DNA of 58,226 nucleotides from a virus (Duplodnaviria; Caudoviricetes): IMG/VR virus record IMGVR_UViG_3300021364_002910, positions 1 to 58,226 of that record; one strand, 5' to 3'. Shown piece by piece: positions 27,555 to 36,914 of this stretch (position 1 is its first letter; each line of letters starts with the position of its first letter). The notes under the pieces were generated by a model. It saw only the letters and a program-made list of their open reading frames with translations, ran no database searches and was not told where the DNA came from. The position numbers and the translations under genes were made by a program.

Positions 27555-28102
27555 ACTGAAAATCTTTCATAATTATATTCGAATAATTTATTAGTAAATA
27601 AACTAATTGGTAAATTAGTTGTTTCAAAATTCATTGAAAAAGGTAAAATTTGATAATGATTTTTTACTAATTGTTCTAAATTAATTGTAAGTTGCTTGTA
27701 CAAGACATTTGGATTACCATATTCAGTAACACTAAAATATATTTCGTAATCTGTATAAGAATTTGTTGTTTTTAACTCTACTTCTAATTGTTCACTTATC
27801 AAAAATTTCCAACATTCATTTTGAACATCCTGTATAACTGTTATTCCATTCCTAATATTAATTTTTGGGATTTCATAAACAATATCATTAATTGTTTTCT
27901 GAAAAACATTAATAACATTTTTCTTTTGCAGTTGATATGCCTTCTTTTCTTCATCAAACTTAACTGTATATTTGTGTACTGATTCTTTACCAGTATGAAT
28001 TAATTCTACATCTGCAATATCTACTTCTATATAATCAAACTCAGGTAATACATTTGTTATTGATAAGATATCTCCTGAATCAGGATTAAAGTGTATAAAC
28101 AT
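27551..28102 (-). CDS. Hypothetical protein
   Basis: 183-aa ORF with TAATG and ATGA coupling to its neighbours. Confidence 0.7.
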   Translation of the reverse strand: MFIHFNPDSGDILSITNVLPEFDYIEVDIADVELIHTGKESVHKYTVKFDEEKKAYQLQKKNVINVFQKTINDIVYEIPKINIRNGITVIQDVQNECWKFLISEQLEVELKTTNSYTDYEIYFSVTEYGNPNVLYKQLTINLEQLVKNHYQILPFSMNFETTNLPISLFTNKLFEYNYERFSV

Positions 28103-28929
28103 TAAATGATTCCTAAATATTTTTCATATTTTTTAGTTATACTTGAATCTACAAAATTTTGCGAAGCATAATGAAAAATTCCTGTCTGGAAATAATTTCC
28201 TACGTAAAATTTTAAATCAGCCGTCAAATAAGAACCAACTTTGTCTTTCCATAAAGGTATATCTTTTTTCCAACCTTGCAGTTTTGATTTCATATGAATA
28301 AATTTTAAAAAATCTACTTTTTTATTCGTTATTTCCATATCATTATTTAAAATTTTACTTGCAATTGCACAAGACAAATCCATACTAGGGTTTTCTGGAT
28401 AAAATTCTTTACAATATTGTCCATAAAACAATTCCCAATTTTTAGAAATTAATTCTAGCCAAGAAAAAAATTCCTTAGCTTTTTCTGATTTTTTAAAATA
28501 ATGAAATCCACTATATAAATTTGGTAAATTGTTTTCTACAAAAGCTTTTCGATATATAGTACTTGTTATTTCAACAGATCTATAATTAAATACTTTACTT
28601 AAATAAAAAATATCATAATTTTCTAAAAAATTCCACCACAAATCAATATTTTGCAAAACTAATACATCAGTATCTAGCACAATTGTTTCTTCATACGGAC
28701 TATTATGATAAATTTTCCATCTGTTTAAAGTATTATACCTACTATCGTCATGTTCAATCCATAGCGGGCTTATAACTTCATCAAAAATATCTTTATATTT
28801 TTTTGGAATATCATTTATTGTAATTATGCTTATCGGAGTGTCATTTTTAGATTTTATGCTCATTGCTGCTAGACAGGCTTGTAGGACATAATCTGTACCA
28901 TTTGCATATAAAACAAATCCTTTAGACAT
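28102..28929 (-). CDS. GT-A glycosyltransferase (GT8-like)
   Basis: A..AMSIK, FDEVI, SPYEETIVLDTD (DxD), YSGFHYF, FIHMK. Confidence 0.72.
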   Translation of the reverse strand: MSKGFVLYANGTDYVLQACLAAMSIKSKNDTPISIITINDIPKKYKDIFDEVISPLWIEHDDSRYNTLNRWKIYHNSPYEETIVLDTDVLVLQNIDLWWNFLENYDIFYLSKVFNYRSVEITSTIYRKAFVENNLPNLYSGFHYFKKSEKAKEFFSWLELISKNWELFYGQYCKEFYPENPSMDLSCAIASKILNNDMEITNKKVDFLKFIHMKSKLQGWKKDIPLWKDKVGSYLTADLKFYVGNYFQTGIFHYASQNFVDSSITKKYEKYLGII

Positions 28930-29824
28930 TTTTTATATCCTCATCAATGCATCTATTTAGGCTAAATTTATTCATCACATGCACAGTGGTTCCTTTCCAT
29001 GACGAAAGCGTATATTCTCCTGTGTAATTTTCTTTCTCCAACAAAAAAGTAATTTTATCATTTTTGATTTGCCAACAAATATCTTTATCTGTAGTATAAA
29101 ATAATTTGCCCGGCATAGGCTGTGCAAAATCTCCTTCTGTATATCCATTCATTATATGAATGGCAATGCTAAATGCATGATCATTTCGAAAATAAGTTTG
29201 ATTTATTTGAAATATTGATCGATAATGATTCCAATTTTCTTGTATATGTTCAAGTAAATCAAAAAATATTTTATTTTCTGGTGTTTTTCTAAAAAACACA
29301 GCAGTAGCCCAATAAAATTTTACTCCTATATCATTCACATATTCAAATTCTGAATAATCTCTAAAACCTGCTATATCTAAAGCATTGTGATATATTAAAA
29401 AATCATTATTTTGATTAAAACAATTTAGATAGTAATTATTGCACAAAACTATATCTGTGTCTAATAATAATGTTTCATCGTAAGGAGATATATTATAAGC
29501 AGTCGATCTTAATTGATTTTTAAATTGTAACTTTACTCTAGAAAGTGTTCCGTCATTATAGGACTTATAGTCATGTTTTTCATATTTACTTAAAACTGTA
29601 TTATCTTTTATTTTATCTGCAGACCATACAACAGAAATAATATTATCAAAAACAGCGTCTGCGTCAGAATAATTTTGTCGCAAATAACTTACACTGTCAG
29701 TCACTACGGTAGTTGGTAAATTTAAAAAATTTTTTATACGTTTTGCAAGATAATAAGCTTGTTTAACATAATCTATCTTATTATTATTCCTAGCAAAAAG
29801 TAACACACCTTTTGTAGAACTCAT
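28922..29824 (-). CDS. GT-A glycosyltransferase (GT8-like; paralog of 28102..28929)
   Basis: FDNII, SPYDETLLLDTD (DxD), WATAVFF, RNDHAF, VHVMNK. Confidence 0.72.
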   Translation of the reverse strand: MSSTKGVLLFARNNNKIDYVKQAYYLAKRIKNFLNLPTTVVTDSVSYLRQNYSDADAVFDNIISVVWSADKIKDNTVLSKYEKHDYKSYNDGTLSRVKLQFKNQLRSTAYNISPYDETLLLDTDIVLCNNYYLNCFNQNNDFLIYHNALDIAGFRDYSEFEYVNDIGVKFYWATAVFFRKTPENKIFFDLLEHIQENWNHYRSIFQINQTYFRNDHAFSIAIHIMNGYTEGDFAQPMPGKLFYTTDKDICWQIKNDKITFLLEKENYTGEYTLSSWKGTTVHVMNKFSLNRCIDEDIKNV

Positions 29825-30168
29825 ATATCCGTTAAATTTGCTACTGTTCTTTGTTTTTTTATTCTGTTGTAATCATTAATAAAACTATTAGATGCTTCAA
29901 AGTAAATATTAATTATATTTTCTAAAAACAATTTTAAATTTTCTATTTCAGTAGGAATATCATTATCGTCTATTAAGACAATTTCTTCTTGATTATTCCG
30001 TAACATAGTATCACAAAAAGATATTAAACCTTGTGTTACAGTAAATTGACTTCCGTTATAGTAATAAACAATATCTTGATAGAATTTTTCTTGGAATGAT
30101 TTTTTTTGATTATATAGAGAAACCATATAATTTGAGAAATCCAATGCTTTTTCTAGTCTTTCGTCCAT
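29821..30168 (-). CDS. Hypothetical phage protein
   Basis: 115-aa ORF with AGGAG RBS and ATGA overlap with the next gene. Confidence 0.75.
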   Translation of the reverse strand: MDERLEKALDFSNYMVSLYNQKKSFQEKFYQDIVYYYNGSQFTVTQGLISFCDTMLRNNQEEIVLIDDNDIPTEIENLKLFLENIINIYFEASNSFINDYNRIKKQRTVANLTDI

Positions 30169-30188
30169 AATACTCCTAATAGTAGAAA

Positions 30189-30196
30189 TATTTATA
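30189..30196 (-). promoter_or_regulatory. T4-type late promoter consensus TATAAATA heading the glycosyltransferase/radical SAM operon
   Basis: Exact TATAAATA, 20 nt upstream of ATG 30168 with AGGAG in between. Confidence 0.65.
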
Positions 30197-30226
30197 GATT
30201 TTTAAAAAATAAAAAAAAGTATTGGA

Positions 30227-31147
30227 TTAAAAAGTACTATTTGTTGTATATGTAGGACTTGTTAATGAGACATAACTACCTGAAGCAATAAATTCATCTA
30301 CTGTGCAAGTTATTGTTCCTTGAACATTTTCATCTACTGCTGCACCTACGCCAGTTCGATCTCCTGTATCATCATCTTGTAATCTTATTTCAAATTGCAA
30401 TTGATAAGGATTTGTTAAGGTTTTTACTCGTACAATTACATCATTTTCTGCATAAACACCTGAACCAACAGCAGTATAAAGATTTGTCCATGCTGAAGAT
30501 AAACCACTGTTAATAGAATAACCACACCTTATCGGATCAGGAGCATTTGTAATCATTGTTTGCCAATTTAAAGTTTTTGGCTCACCTCCAGTGTATGCGT
30601 GGCTCAAATTAATTCTTATTTCTCCGCCTGTATTAAAAAAATATCTCCTAGCATTATTACTTCCAAAATCCACTGTAAATACAAAATTCCTCGTACCGTT
30701 CCACCCAGCCGATAAAGTACCACTTCTCTTACTAGGATTTGTTGTCATTTGACCATTGTTTAAACTTGTAGTAGGTAAGCGATTAGAGTCGATTGTATTA
30801 ACATAATAAACATATTGATTATGAGTTTTTGTGTCGCTACCTGCTGATCCTCCTGCTGTGATTTCATCACCTACAGCTATATCACCTAAAGCAAAAGCTG
30901 TGGTTGTTTGATGAATCCAACATTTTTGGATATCACTTCTTAAATCGTCTAATTGTTGAGCTGTTACAAAATCACCTACTGACGGTTGTGCAGGATAATT
31001 GCTAGCTACAACTTGGCTGCTTGATACTGTTTGTCCGTAACCATAATCACCAGATCCTACTCCTAAAATTTGTTCAACTTTAGATTGTAGATTGTTATAA
31101 TCAGTAGCATTTATACTTCCACCTGAGACAACTGTTGAAATTGCCAT
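30227..31147 (-). CDS. Putative virion structural protein
   Basis: G/S/T-rich; I.ATDYN.L...GYGQ...ARRYFFNTGGEIR; position in the tail module; GGAG RBS. Confidence 0.65.
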   Translation of the reverse strand: MAISTVVSGGSINATDYNNLQSKVEQILGVGSGDYGYGQTVSSSQVVASNYPAQPSVGDFVTAQQLDDLRSDIQKCWIHQTTTAFALGDIAVGDEITAGGSAGSDTKTHNQYVYYVNTIDSNRLPTTSLNNGQMTTNPSKRSGTLSAGWNGTRNFVFTVDFGSNNARRYFFNTGGEIRINLSHAYTGGEPKTLNWQTMITNAPDPIRCGYSINSGLSSAWTNLYTAVGSGVYAENDVIVRVKTLTNPYQLQFEIRLQDDDTGDRTGVGAAVDENVQGTITCTVDEFIASGSYVSLTSPTYTTNSTF

Positions 31148-31171
31148 ATTTTTAACTCCAAAATAAAACTT

Positions 31172-31179
31172 TATTTATA
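31172..31179 (-). promoter_or_regulatory. Late promoter consensus TATAAATA
   Basis: Exact match overlapping the upstream stop codon, ahead of ATG 31147. Confidence 0.55.
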
Positions 31180-32743
31180 CAATTATTTCTATCATACCTA
31201 TTTGGTTAGACTTGAAATTTTCTAAACTTTTGCCAATAATACAACTACTATGCGGCATATTTCCTTTATCTGCAGCTTTTGCTACACCTGGTATTTCAGA
31301 GGTAACAAGTATATCACCTTTAACAATAGGACCAATTACTTTACAGGGTACCCTTCCTCTAAGGGCAACTGCAACTTTCATTCCTTGTAGCTCACTATTC
31401 ATTAAATGTGCAGGATTCGTTGATACAACACCAATTACTTTGCTGTCTTCTGTATTTGTTGACTCTGTTACTTCAGCTGTATCTCCTATTACTAGCACTG
31501 TTCCAGGTTCATAATCTTTATCGCTAGTATACATTTCAGCTAAATCTGCATACTGAGCTGAAGTTGCAATTCCCCTAAATAAATTACCCCAAATATCTCC
31601 AGATAAATCTCTTGCAACTATACTAACACCTGCAGTTGGTCTTGCATCTGCTGCAAAATATTCATTTGTTACTACTGTACTTTGAGCATTTATATAAGTT
31701 GCTTTGAATGAATTAGATTTTGTTGCTGTTCCTTCAAAGGTTGTAGCATAAACACTTTGAAAAACATCTGTTGAGCTACCGATATCAACTGTATTTGTGC
31801 CTGAAAACACAAAAGAAGAACTTGCTGGATCAATATTTTGAGCATATCCTGGTAAAATTTTATTATGTGTAAATCTAATAGGCATTCTAACATTATTATC
31901 AGGACTTTTTACTTGAATTATCATTTCAACACCCTGCTCATTACCTACAAGAGCTACATTGTCATTTATTACTCTTAATCCAAGATCTTGCTCATTACCG
32001 ATTTTTATTCCATTATCTCCAAAAGACACTGTAGTACCAGAAAAATCAGCAGCATCTAATCTAACAAACTTATCAGCAGTAAACCCACCTAATCTATCAG
32101 AATTTGTAGCCGTTCCCCACCATCTGTGAGCTGTACTTGTTACTCCAGATGTAGTATTAATAGTATTTTTTAGAGTTAACCCTTCATGGATTTTGTCAAA
32201 GCCCGGATAATTTGTTGCATCTTCTGTACCTATAGTAAATGTAGTACTGCTGATAATGTGAATTACTTCATCGTTTACTACACTTACTATAATAGGTCTA
32301 TTAACTCCTTCGGAATCTCTAAGAGATCTGCTTTGGAATTGAGTAACATTTTCACCTGCACCTTGTGGACCTATTAGAATCCATTCGGTTCCATTATAAA
32401 CATATAATTGTTCATTTTGGCTATCCCACCAAAAATCCCCTTGTGTCAATCCTGCCGGAGCAGTACCACCAACTTCAGAACCGCCAGAAGTTCTCCATTG
32501 TGTACCATCATAAAATTTCAGTTTATTCTGACTATTATCAAACCAAATTTGTCCAGCCAATGCCTTCGGTGGTTGATTTGCGCCTGCAAAATTTTCTAGT
32601 AAAAAAACAAAATTTTCATTTTGTATTTCTCCATATCCAGCATAGTTTTTTCCTACAAGTTTTAGATCTGTAGTCTGATCAATAGTTCCATCTTCTACTA
32701 CAGTTAACTGTGCAGTATTATATGTATTAATTATATAAGCCAT
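31175..32743 (-). CDS. Tail fibre/baseplate-attached protein with C-terminal intramolecular chaperone (peptidase G2-like autocleavage) domain
   Basis: Shared N-terminal module (ENFVFLLENFA...GQIWFD). C-terminus QYADLAEMY...PGTVL...GVVST.P...VALRGRVPCKV.G...KGD.LVTS..PG.A. Confidence 0.75.
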   Translation of the reverse strand: MAYIINTYNTAQLTVVEDGTIDQTTDLKLVGKNYAGYGEIQNENFVFLLENFAGANQPPKALAGQIWFDNSQNKLKFYDGTQWRTSGGSEVGGTAPAGLTQGDFWWDSQNEQLYVYNGTEWILIGPQGAGENVTQFQSRSLRDSEGVNRPIIVSVVNDEVIHIISSTTFTIGTEDATNYPGFDKIHEGLTLKNTINTTSGVTSTAHRWWGTATNSDRLGGFTADKFVRLDAADFSGTTVSFGDNGIKIGNEQDLGLRVINDNVALVGNEQGVEMIIQVKSPDNNVRMPIRFTHNKILPGYAQNIDPASSSFVFSGTNTVDIGSSTDVFQSVYATTFEGTATKSNSFKATYINAQSTVVTNEYFAADARPTAGVSIVARDLSGDIWGNLFRGIATSAQYADLAEMYTSDKDYEPGTVLVIGDTAEVTESTNTEDSKVIGVVSTNPAHLMNSELQGMKVAVALRGRVPCKVIGPIVKGDILVTSEIPGVAKAADKGNMPHSSCIIGKSLENFKSNQIGMIEIIV

Positions 32744-32784
32744 TCATATTACCCCTGATATATATCTTATATTTACCCTAATTC

Positions 32785-34809
32785 TTAGACAATAACCCTA
32801 TCAACTCCTGTACTGTTCCAATTTGCTCCATCACTGCGAAATCTATATACAAATCTGTCAACCGTAAACTCTATATTTGTTGTAGATCCTGAATATGCAG
32901 GGTTTGCAACAATATCTTGGACAACTGCAACTGTTCCAGTATTATCAAAATTTCTTACAGTAACTCTAGATTTTTGTAAAACTGCAGTATCTTCTTCAGA
33001 AACTGTTATAGGAAAAACTGCTGTAATTTGTCTAATTCTTGTAGCCATTATTTTTACATCAGTATTTGGCAAAGATTCTTCTATAGGTAACATGTAATTT
33101 AATACAGTCCTAACATTATCTATTGTTGCTGCATAAAAAGGTGTATAATCTGGATCACCGTCAACAATCAACCCGTTTATATCTAATGACAATAATATTT
33201 CTTTACCGTCTACTGCTCTATCAACATATTCTTTATTTGCACCATCTTTTAAATCTACTGGATCAGCTAAATTTGTTATTCTATTATAATTTGCAAAACT
33301 GACAGTACCATTATCTGCTGGTGTAATACTTGTTCCTCCAGCATTAATTGTAATACCTTTCCCATTTATTCGAGAAATTGTTGCAGAATCTATATTAATA
33401 TTATCAACTGTAAGGTTAATTAAAGTTCCTAATTCGCTTAATCCAGTACCTTTTGTAACCGCTGGAAATAATTCGTCACCTGATAAAACCGTAACACCAT
33501 CTACTTTATAAACTGGATCAGTGTTATTTGCTGTAACTTTCAAATCAATATTTTGGTTACTAGTCCAAGATTCATTTGTTAAATCCCATAAAAATTCTTT
33601 ATTGCTATCAGTACTTCTTAGTATTATACCACCACCATCAATTGCAGCATCATTTCCAACTACATCATTTTCACCTACTGCTAATTCTATAGTCTTATCT
33701 GCTATTCTTAAATCTTCTGAATTTACATAAGTTATGTCTCCGCCTACAGCTAATGACCCTCCAATGGACATATTACCTGTAACAGTTAGATCAGCATTTA
33801 CATCAAATTCAGGTCTACTCTCCAAAATATCGAACGGTGGTAACCCTGAAAACATTGAAATTTTATAAGACGATGTATCTATCAATAATGCATTTAAAAA
33901 ATTATTAGGAAATTGGCTATTTTTAATTCTTATGCCAAAATTTGAATTAACTTGTAAATTATCTATAAATGCTGTAGAACCAGATATTTTCGTGTTTACA
34001 AAAGGTCTATCTCCAATACCTATTGTTAACCCTTGACTGTTTTTTATATTAATATATCCTGTAGTGACTCCGTTTCCATCTGTTGGTAAAAAATTAACAG
34101 CAGTTTTTTGAACACCTTGATCGTCTATCAAAAATTTTGCATTTACACTAGTTCCTCTCCACCAAAAACCGTCTATACCCGAATCTGTTGATAAAGATGC
34201 AATATTAAAACCTTTATATAATTTTTGCCTTTTAGGTGAAATAGTGTCATTCTCCCAAATATCTAGCCCTGGAATGGAAAACTGAATAGGGATAATAAAT
34301 TCTGCTGGCGAATATATACCAACTAACACACCGCCTAGGAAAAGTTTTAATATAGTTCTAGTAATATTATTAGAATCTACTTGACTAGCAGATTCGAACC
34401 CAGTCTTTCCTTGCCCTGCATCATATGTAGGTCCAACTAAGGTTAAATCAGACCCATCAAACAGATATAATCTATTGTTTGCATTATCTATCCATATATC
34501 GCCGGCTACTAAATTTGTTGGTTGCGAACTATTAACAATAGTTCCTGTTGCAGATCTAAAAGTTGTTCCGTTAAAAATCTTTAATCTTTGATCTTGTTTG
34601 TCATACCATAATTGACCTGTTAAAGGATTTGCAGGTTGAGATGTACTTGCAAAATTTTCTAATAATTTTACAAAATTTTCATTTAACCATTCGCCAAAAC
34701 CTTTATAATTTCGGCCTATCAAAGTTAAATCTGTTGCACTGGTATCTATTATACCATCAATCAAATCTACTAACAATTCACCGTCAGTTCTATTAATCCT
34801 ATAACTCAT
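32785..34809 (-). CDS. Tail fibre/baseplate-attached virion protein
   Basis: Same N-terminal module (ENFVKLLENFA...GQLWYD); beta-rich body; ITNLADP..DGANKEYVD trimeric-fibre neck-like motif. Confidence 0.7.
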   Translation of the reverse strand: MSYRINRTDGELLVDLIDGIIDTSATDLTLIGRNYKGFGEWLNENFVKLLENFASTSQPANPLTGQLWYDKQDQRLKIFNGTTFRSATGTIVNSSQPTNLVAGDIWIDNANNRLYLFDGSDLTLVGPTYDAGQGKTGFESASQVDSNNITRTILKLFLGGVLVGIYSPAEFIIPIQFSIPGLDIWENDTISPKRQKLYKGFNIASLSTDSGIDGFWWRGTSVNAKFLIDDQGVQKTAVNFLPTDGNGVTTGYINIKNSQGLTIGIGDRPFVNTKISGSTAFIDNLQVNSNFGIRIKNSQFPNNFLNALLIDTSSYKISMFSGLPPFDILESRPEFDVNADLTVTGNMSIGGSLAVGGDITYVNSEDLRIADKTIELAVGENDVVGNDAAIDGGGIILRSTDSNKEFLWDLTNESWTSNQNIDLKVTANNTDPVYKVDGVTVLSGDELFPAVTKGTGLSELGTLINLTVDNINIDSATISRINGKGITINAGGTSITPADNGTVSFANYNRITNLADPVDLKDGANKEYVDRAVDGKEILLSLDINGLIVDGDPDYTPFYAATIDNVRTVLNYMLPIEESLPNTDVKIMATRIRQITAVFPITVSEEDTAVLQKSRVTVRNFDNTGTVAVVQDIVANPAYSGSTTNIEFTVDRFVYRFRSDGANWNSTGVDRVIV

Positions 34810-34813
34810 TAAA

Positions 34814-36910
34814 TTATCCTGCGTATATTATATAATTAAGTGCCATGAAAGGGTTTATAACATCAACAGCAGTGTTTAGTATTTGATCTGTTTTAATCCC
34901 TTGTGTATTTTTCATCGCAACTCCTGTAAATTCTGTTTGCTGCTCATAAAAATGATAATCAACTACTTCGTCATCAACTATCTCAAATTGTTTTTGTGTT
35001 GTAGCATAAAATTGTGTATCATTATAATATAAATCATGTTTATGGTCAGGCAAATTTGTTTCGTCTAACACAACTGCCTCTTGTCCCCCTATACCACCTA
35101 TTATTTGAGCATTAGGATCGTTAACAATACTTTGATTAGGTGTAAGTCCTCCCATATTATGAACACCTAAAGGAAATCTACCTCTCAAGTCTGGTACAGC
35201 AAAAAATCCCACTTTAACTAAATCAACTGATTTGTACTTATATCCTATTAGTGAGTACAATTCTTGATAATCAACCGTTTGTACTTCTTGTCCATTACAT
35301 AAAAGCCAACCAACTGGCGCATTATCTCCTGCAAAAGGAACAATAGTACCAATTGGCATTACAGGAACAGTTGCAAGTAAATCGTTAACTGCTACTTTTT
35401 TAAGTCCAATATTTTCTCTAATACGATATAAAATTAATTCATCATCAGGTTGAGTATTAATAATTTTTTCTTTACTATTAATAAAAGGCGCTGTTAACTC
35501 AGTAATGAATTCAACCTGCTCACCTTGTCCTGTAAAATTTAAAACCCCTTCCTCTACTTCTGTGGAATTTAATAATTTTACGTCACCTGAAAAAATAAAT
35601 TGTGATGCTTTAGCAAGTTTATTTGCAGACCCTGCTCTACCTGTTACAGAGCCTGTAACAGTTCCTGTTAAATCACCATAAAATCTTTTAGAATAAACAG
35701 CATTATATCTTAAACTAGGCGTTCCTAAATAGGAATCTTCTGTCCCTAATAATTCGTCAGCATCACGATTTGGAACAAGTTTATTTGAAAATATTTGGCT
35801 ATCAATATTAGCATTTAAATAAAGATTACCACCAATTGTAACACTTTTCGCAACTCCTATGCCGCCAGCAGTAACAATAGACCCATTTGAAAATAAATTA
35901 CTATCTTGCGTATTATTAACAAAAATTTTACCTTTAGATAAATCATTTGCAGGAACAGAGGTTTGTATATTACCATTTACATCTAATTCTGCATCTGGAT
36001 TGTCTTTAGCTATACCTACTTTCATGGAGCTGTCAAAACGAGCTATTGTTTTAAAAATTCCATCGTTTCTTACTTTTAAATCAATAGCTGATCCTGCTAC
36101 ATTATGTTTTAGAACACCAACTGACCCTTCTACTCCTATTGCTAATTCTGAATTACGTCCGTATAGAATGCCTGTATTATTCAAAACAGAAATTTGAAAA
36201 TTCGTTGCGCTAATTGCATCGCCTCTTAAGAAATTACCGCCAAGAACTGTTTCGTTACCAATCTGCAAACTTTCTGCTTTTTCAGCTAGTCCATAATACT
36301 TTGCTTCAGACTGTCCTGGTAATATTTTATTTGTAAGATTTAATCCTGGTTTTATTGTAACAAATCCATCAATTTTTAATTTAGGCGTAAATTCTCGCAT
36401 AGAAATAATTACAGAAGGAACTCCATTTATATCTATCTGTAACACATTATAATTTTTATCATCGATACCAGATAATACTTTAGGAGTTGCGCCTGTAACT
36501 ACTCCGTCACTAAATTCTGGTCCAATTAGTATCCAACCTCCTGCATCTGTGTACATATATAATTGTAAATTCTCTCTGTCAATCCACAAATCGCCTTCTT
36601 GTTTAATAGCTGGAGCAGATTCTGATTTGTTAACGCCATTCACAGGAGCCCAATTAGCTCCATTGTAAACCATTAATTGTTCTTTATCTGGAGAAGAATC
36701 GTACCAAACTTGGCCTTCTACTGGCGTGCTAGGTGCAGTAGGAGATGCAAAATTTTCTAATAAGTGTAGAAAGTTTTCTGCTATTATTGTACCATAAGAT
36801 GTAGTATTTTTTCCAGGCAATTTAACCGATGTTTCATTGTTAATACTACCATCCTCTACAACAATGCCTAATTTATTAACATAATCTGTAAATAATATTT
36901 GATATGGCAT
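34814..36910 (-). CDS. Tail fibre/baseplate protein with phage tail-collar domain
   Basis: Same N-terminal module. Collar motif PIGTIVPF.G..AP.GWLLCNG...Y.ELY..IG...VPDLRGRFP.G; ends HKH...NPFMALNYII. Confidence 0.82.
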   Translation of the reverse strand: MPYQILFTDYVNKLGIVVEDGSINNETSVKLPGKNTTSYGTIIAENFLHLLENFASPTAPSTPVEGQVWYDSSPDKEQLMVYNGANWAPVNGVNKSESAPAIKQEGDLWIDRENLQLYMYTDAGGWILIGPEFSDGVVTGATPKVLSGIDDKNYNVLQIDINGVPSVIISMREFTPKLKIDGFVTIKPGLNLTNKILPGQSEAKYYGLAEKAESLQIGNETVLGGNFLRGDAISATNFQISVLNNTGILYGRNSELAIGVEGSVGVLKHNVAGSAIDLKVRNDGIFKTIARFDSSMKVGIAKDNPDAELDVNGNIQTSVPANDLSKGKIFVNNTQDSNLFSNGSIVTAGGIGVAKSVTIGGNLYLNANIDSQIFSNKLVPNRDADELLGTEDSYLGTPSLRYNAVYSKRFYGDLTGTVTGSVTGRAGSANKLAKASQFIFSGDVKLLNSTEVEEGVLNFTGQGEQVEFITELTAPFINSKEKIINTQPDDELILYRIRENIGLKKVAVNDLLATVPVMPIGTIVPFAGDNAPVGWLLCNGQEVQTVDYQELYSLIGYKYKSVDLVKVGFFAVPDLRGRFPLGVHNMGGLTPNQSIVNDPNAQIIGGIGGQEAVVLDETNLPDHKHDLYYNDTQFYATTQKQFEIVDDEVVDYHFYEQQTEFTGVAMKNTQGIKTDQILNTAVDVINPFMALNYIIYAG

Positions 36911-36914
36911 TTAT

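Noticed and set aside
77-30168. Canonical RiPP cluster (radical SAM/SPASM maturases plus precursor)
   Set aside because: No recognisable precursor array, PqqD/RRE domain, peptidase or exporter. Intergenic gaps are too short to hide precursors. A precursor elsewhere in the genome cannot be excluded.
77-30168. Known DNA hypermodification pathways (7-deazaguanine, 5hmU/5hmC based)
   Set aside because: No QueC/QueD/FolE/DpdA, hydroxymethylase, 5hmU kinase or amino acid:DNA transferase recognised in the window. Kept only as an alternative hypothesis.
1-30168. Left half as a bacterial O-antigen/capsule locus or host flank of a prophage
   Set aside because: No flippase, polymerase, membrane or housekeeping genes, and no integrase or att site. 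The same promoter motif and strand continue from the virion genes.
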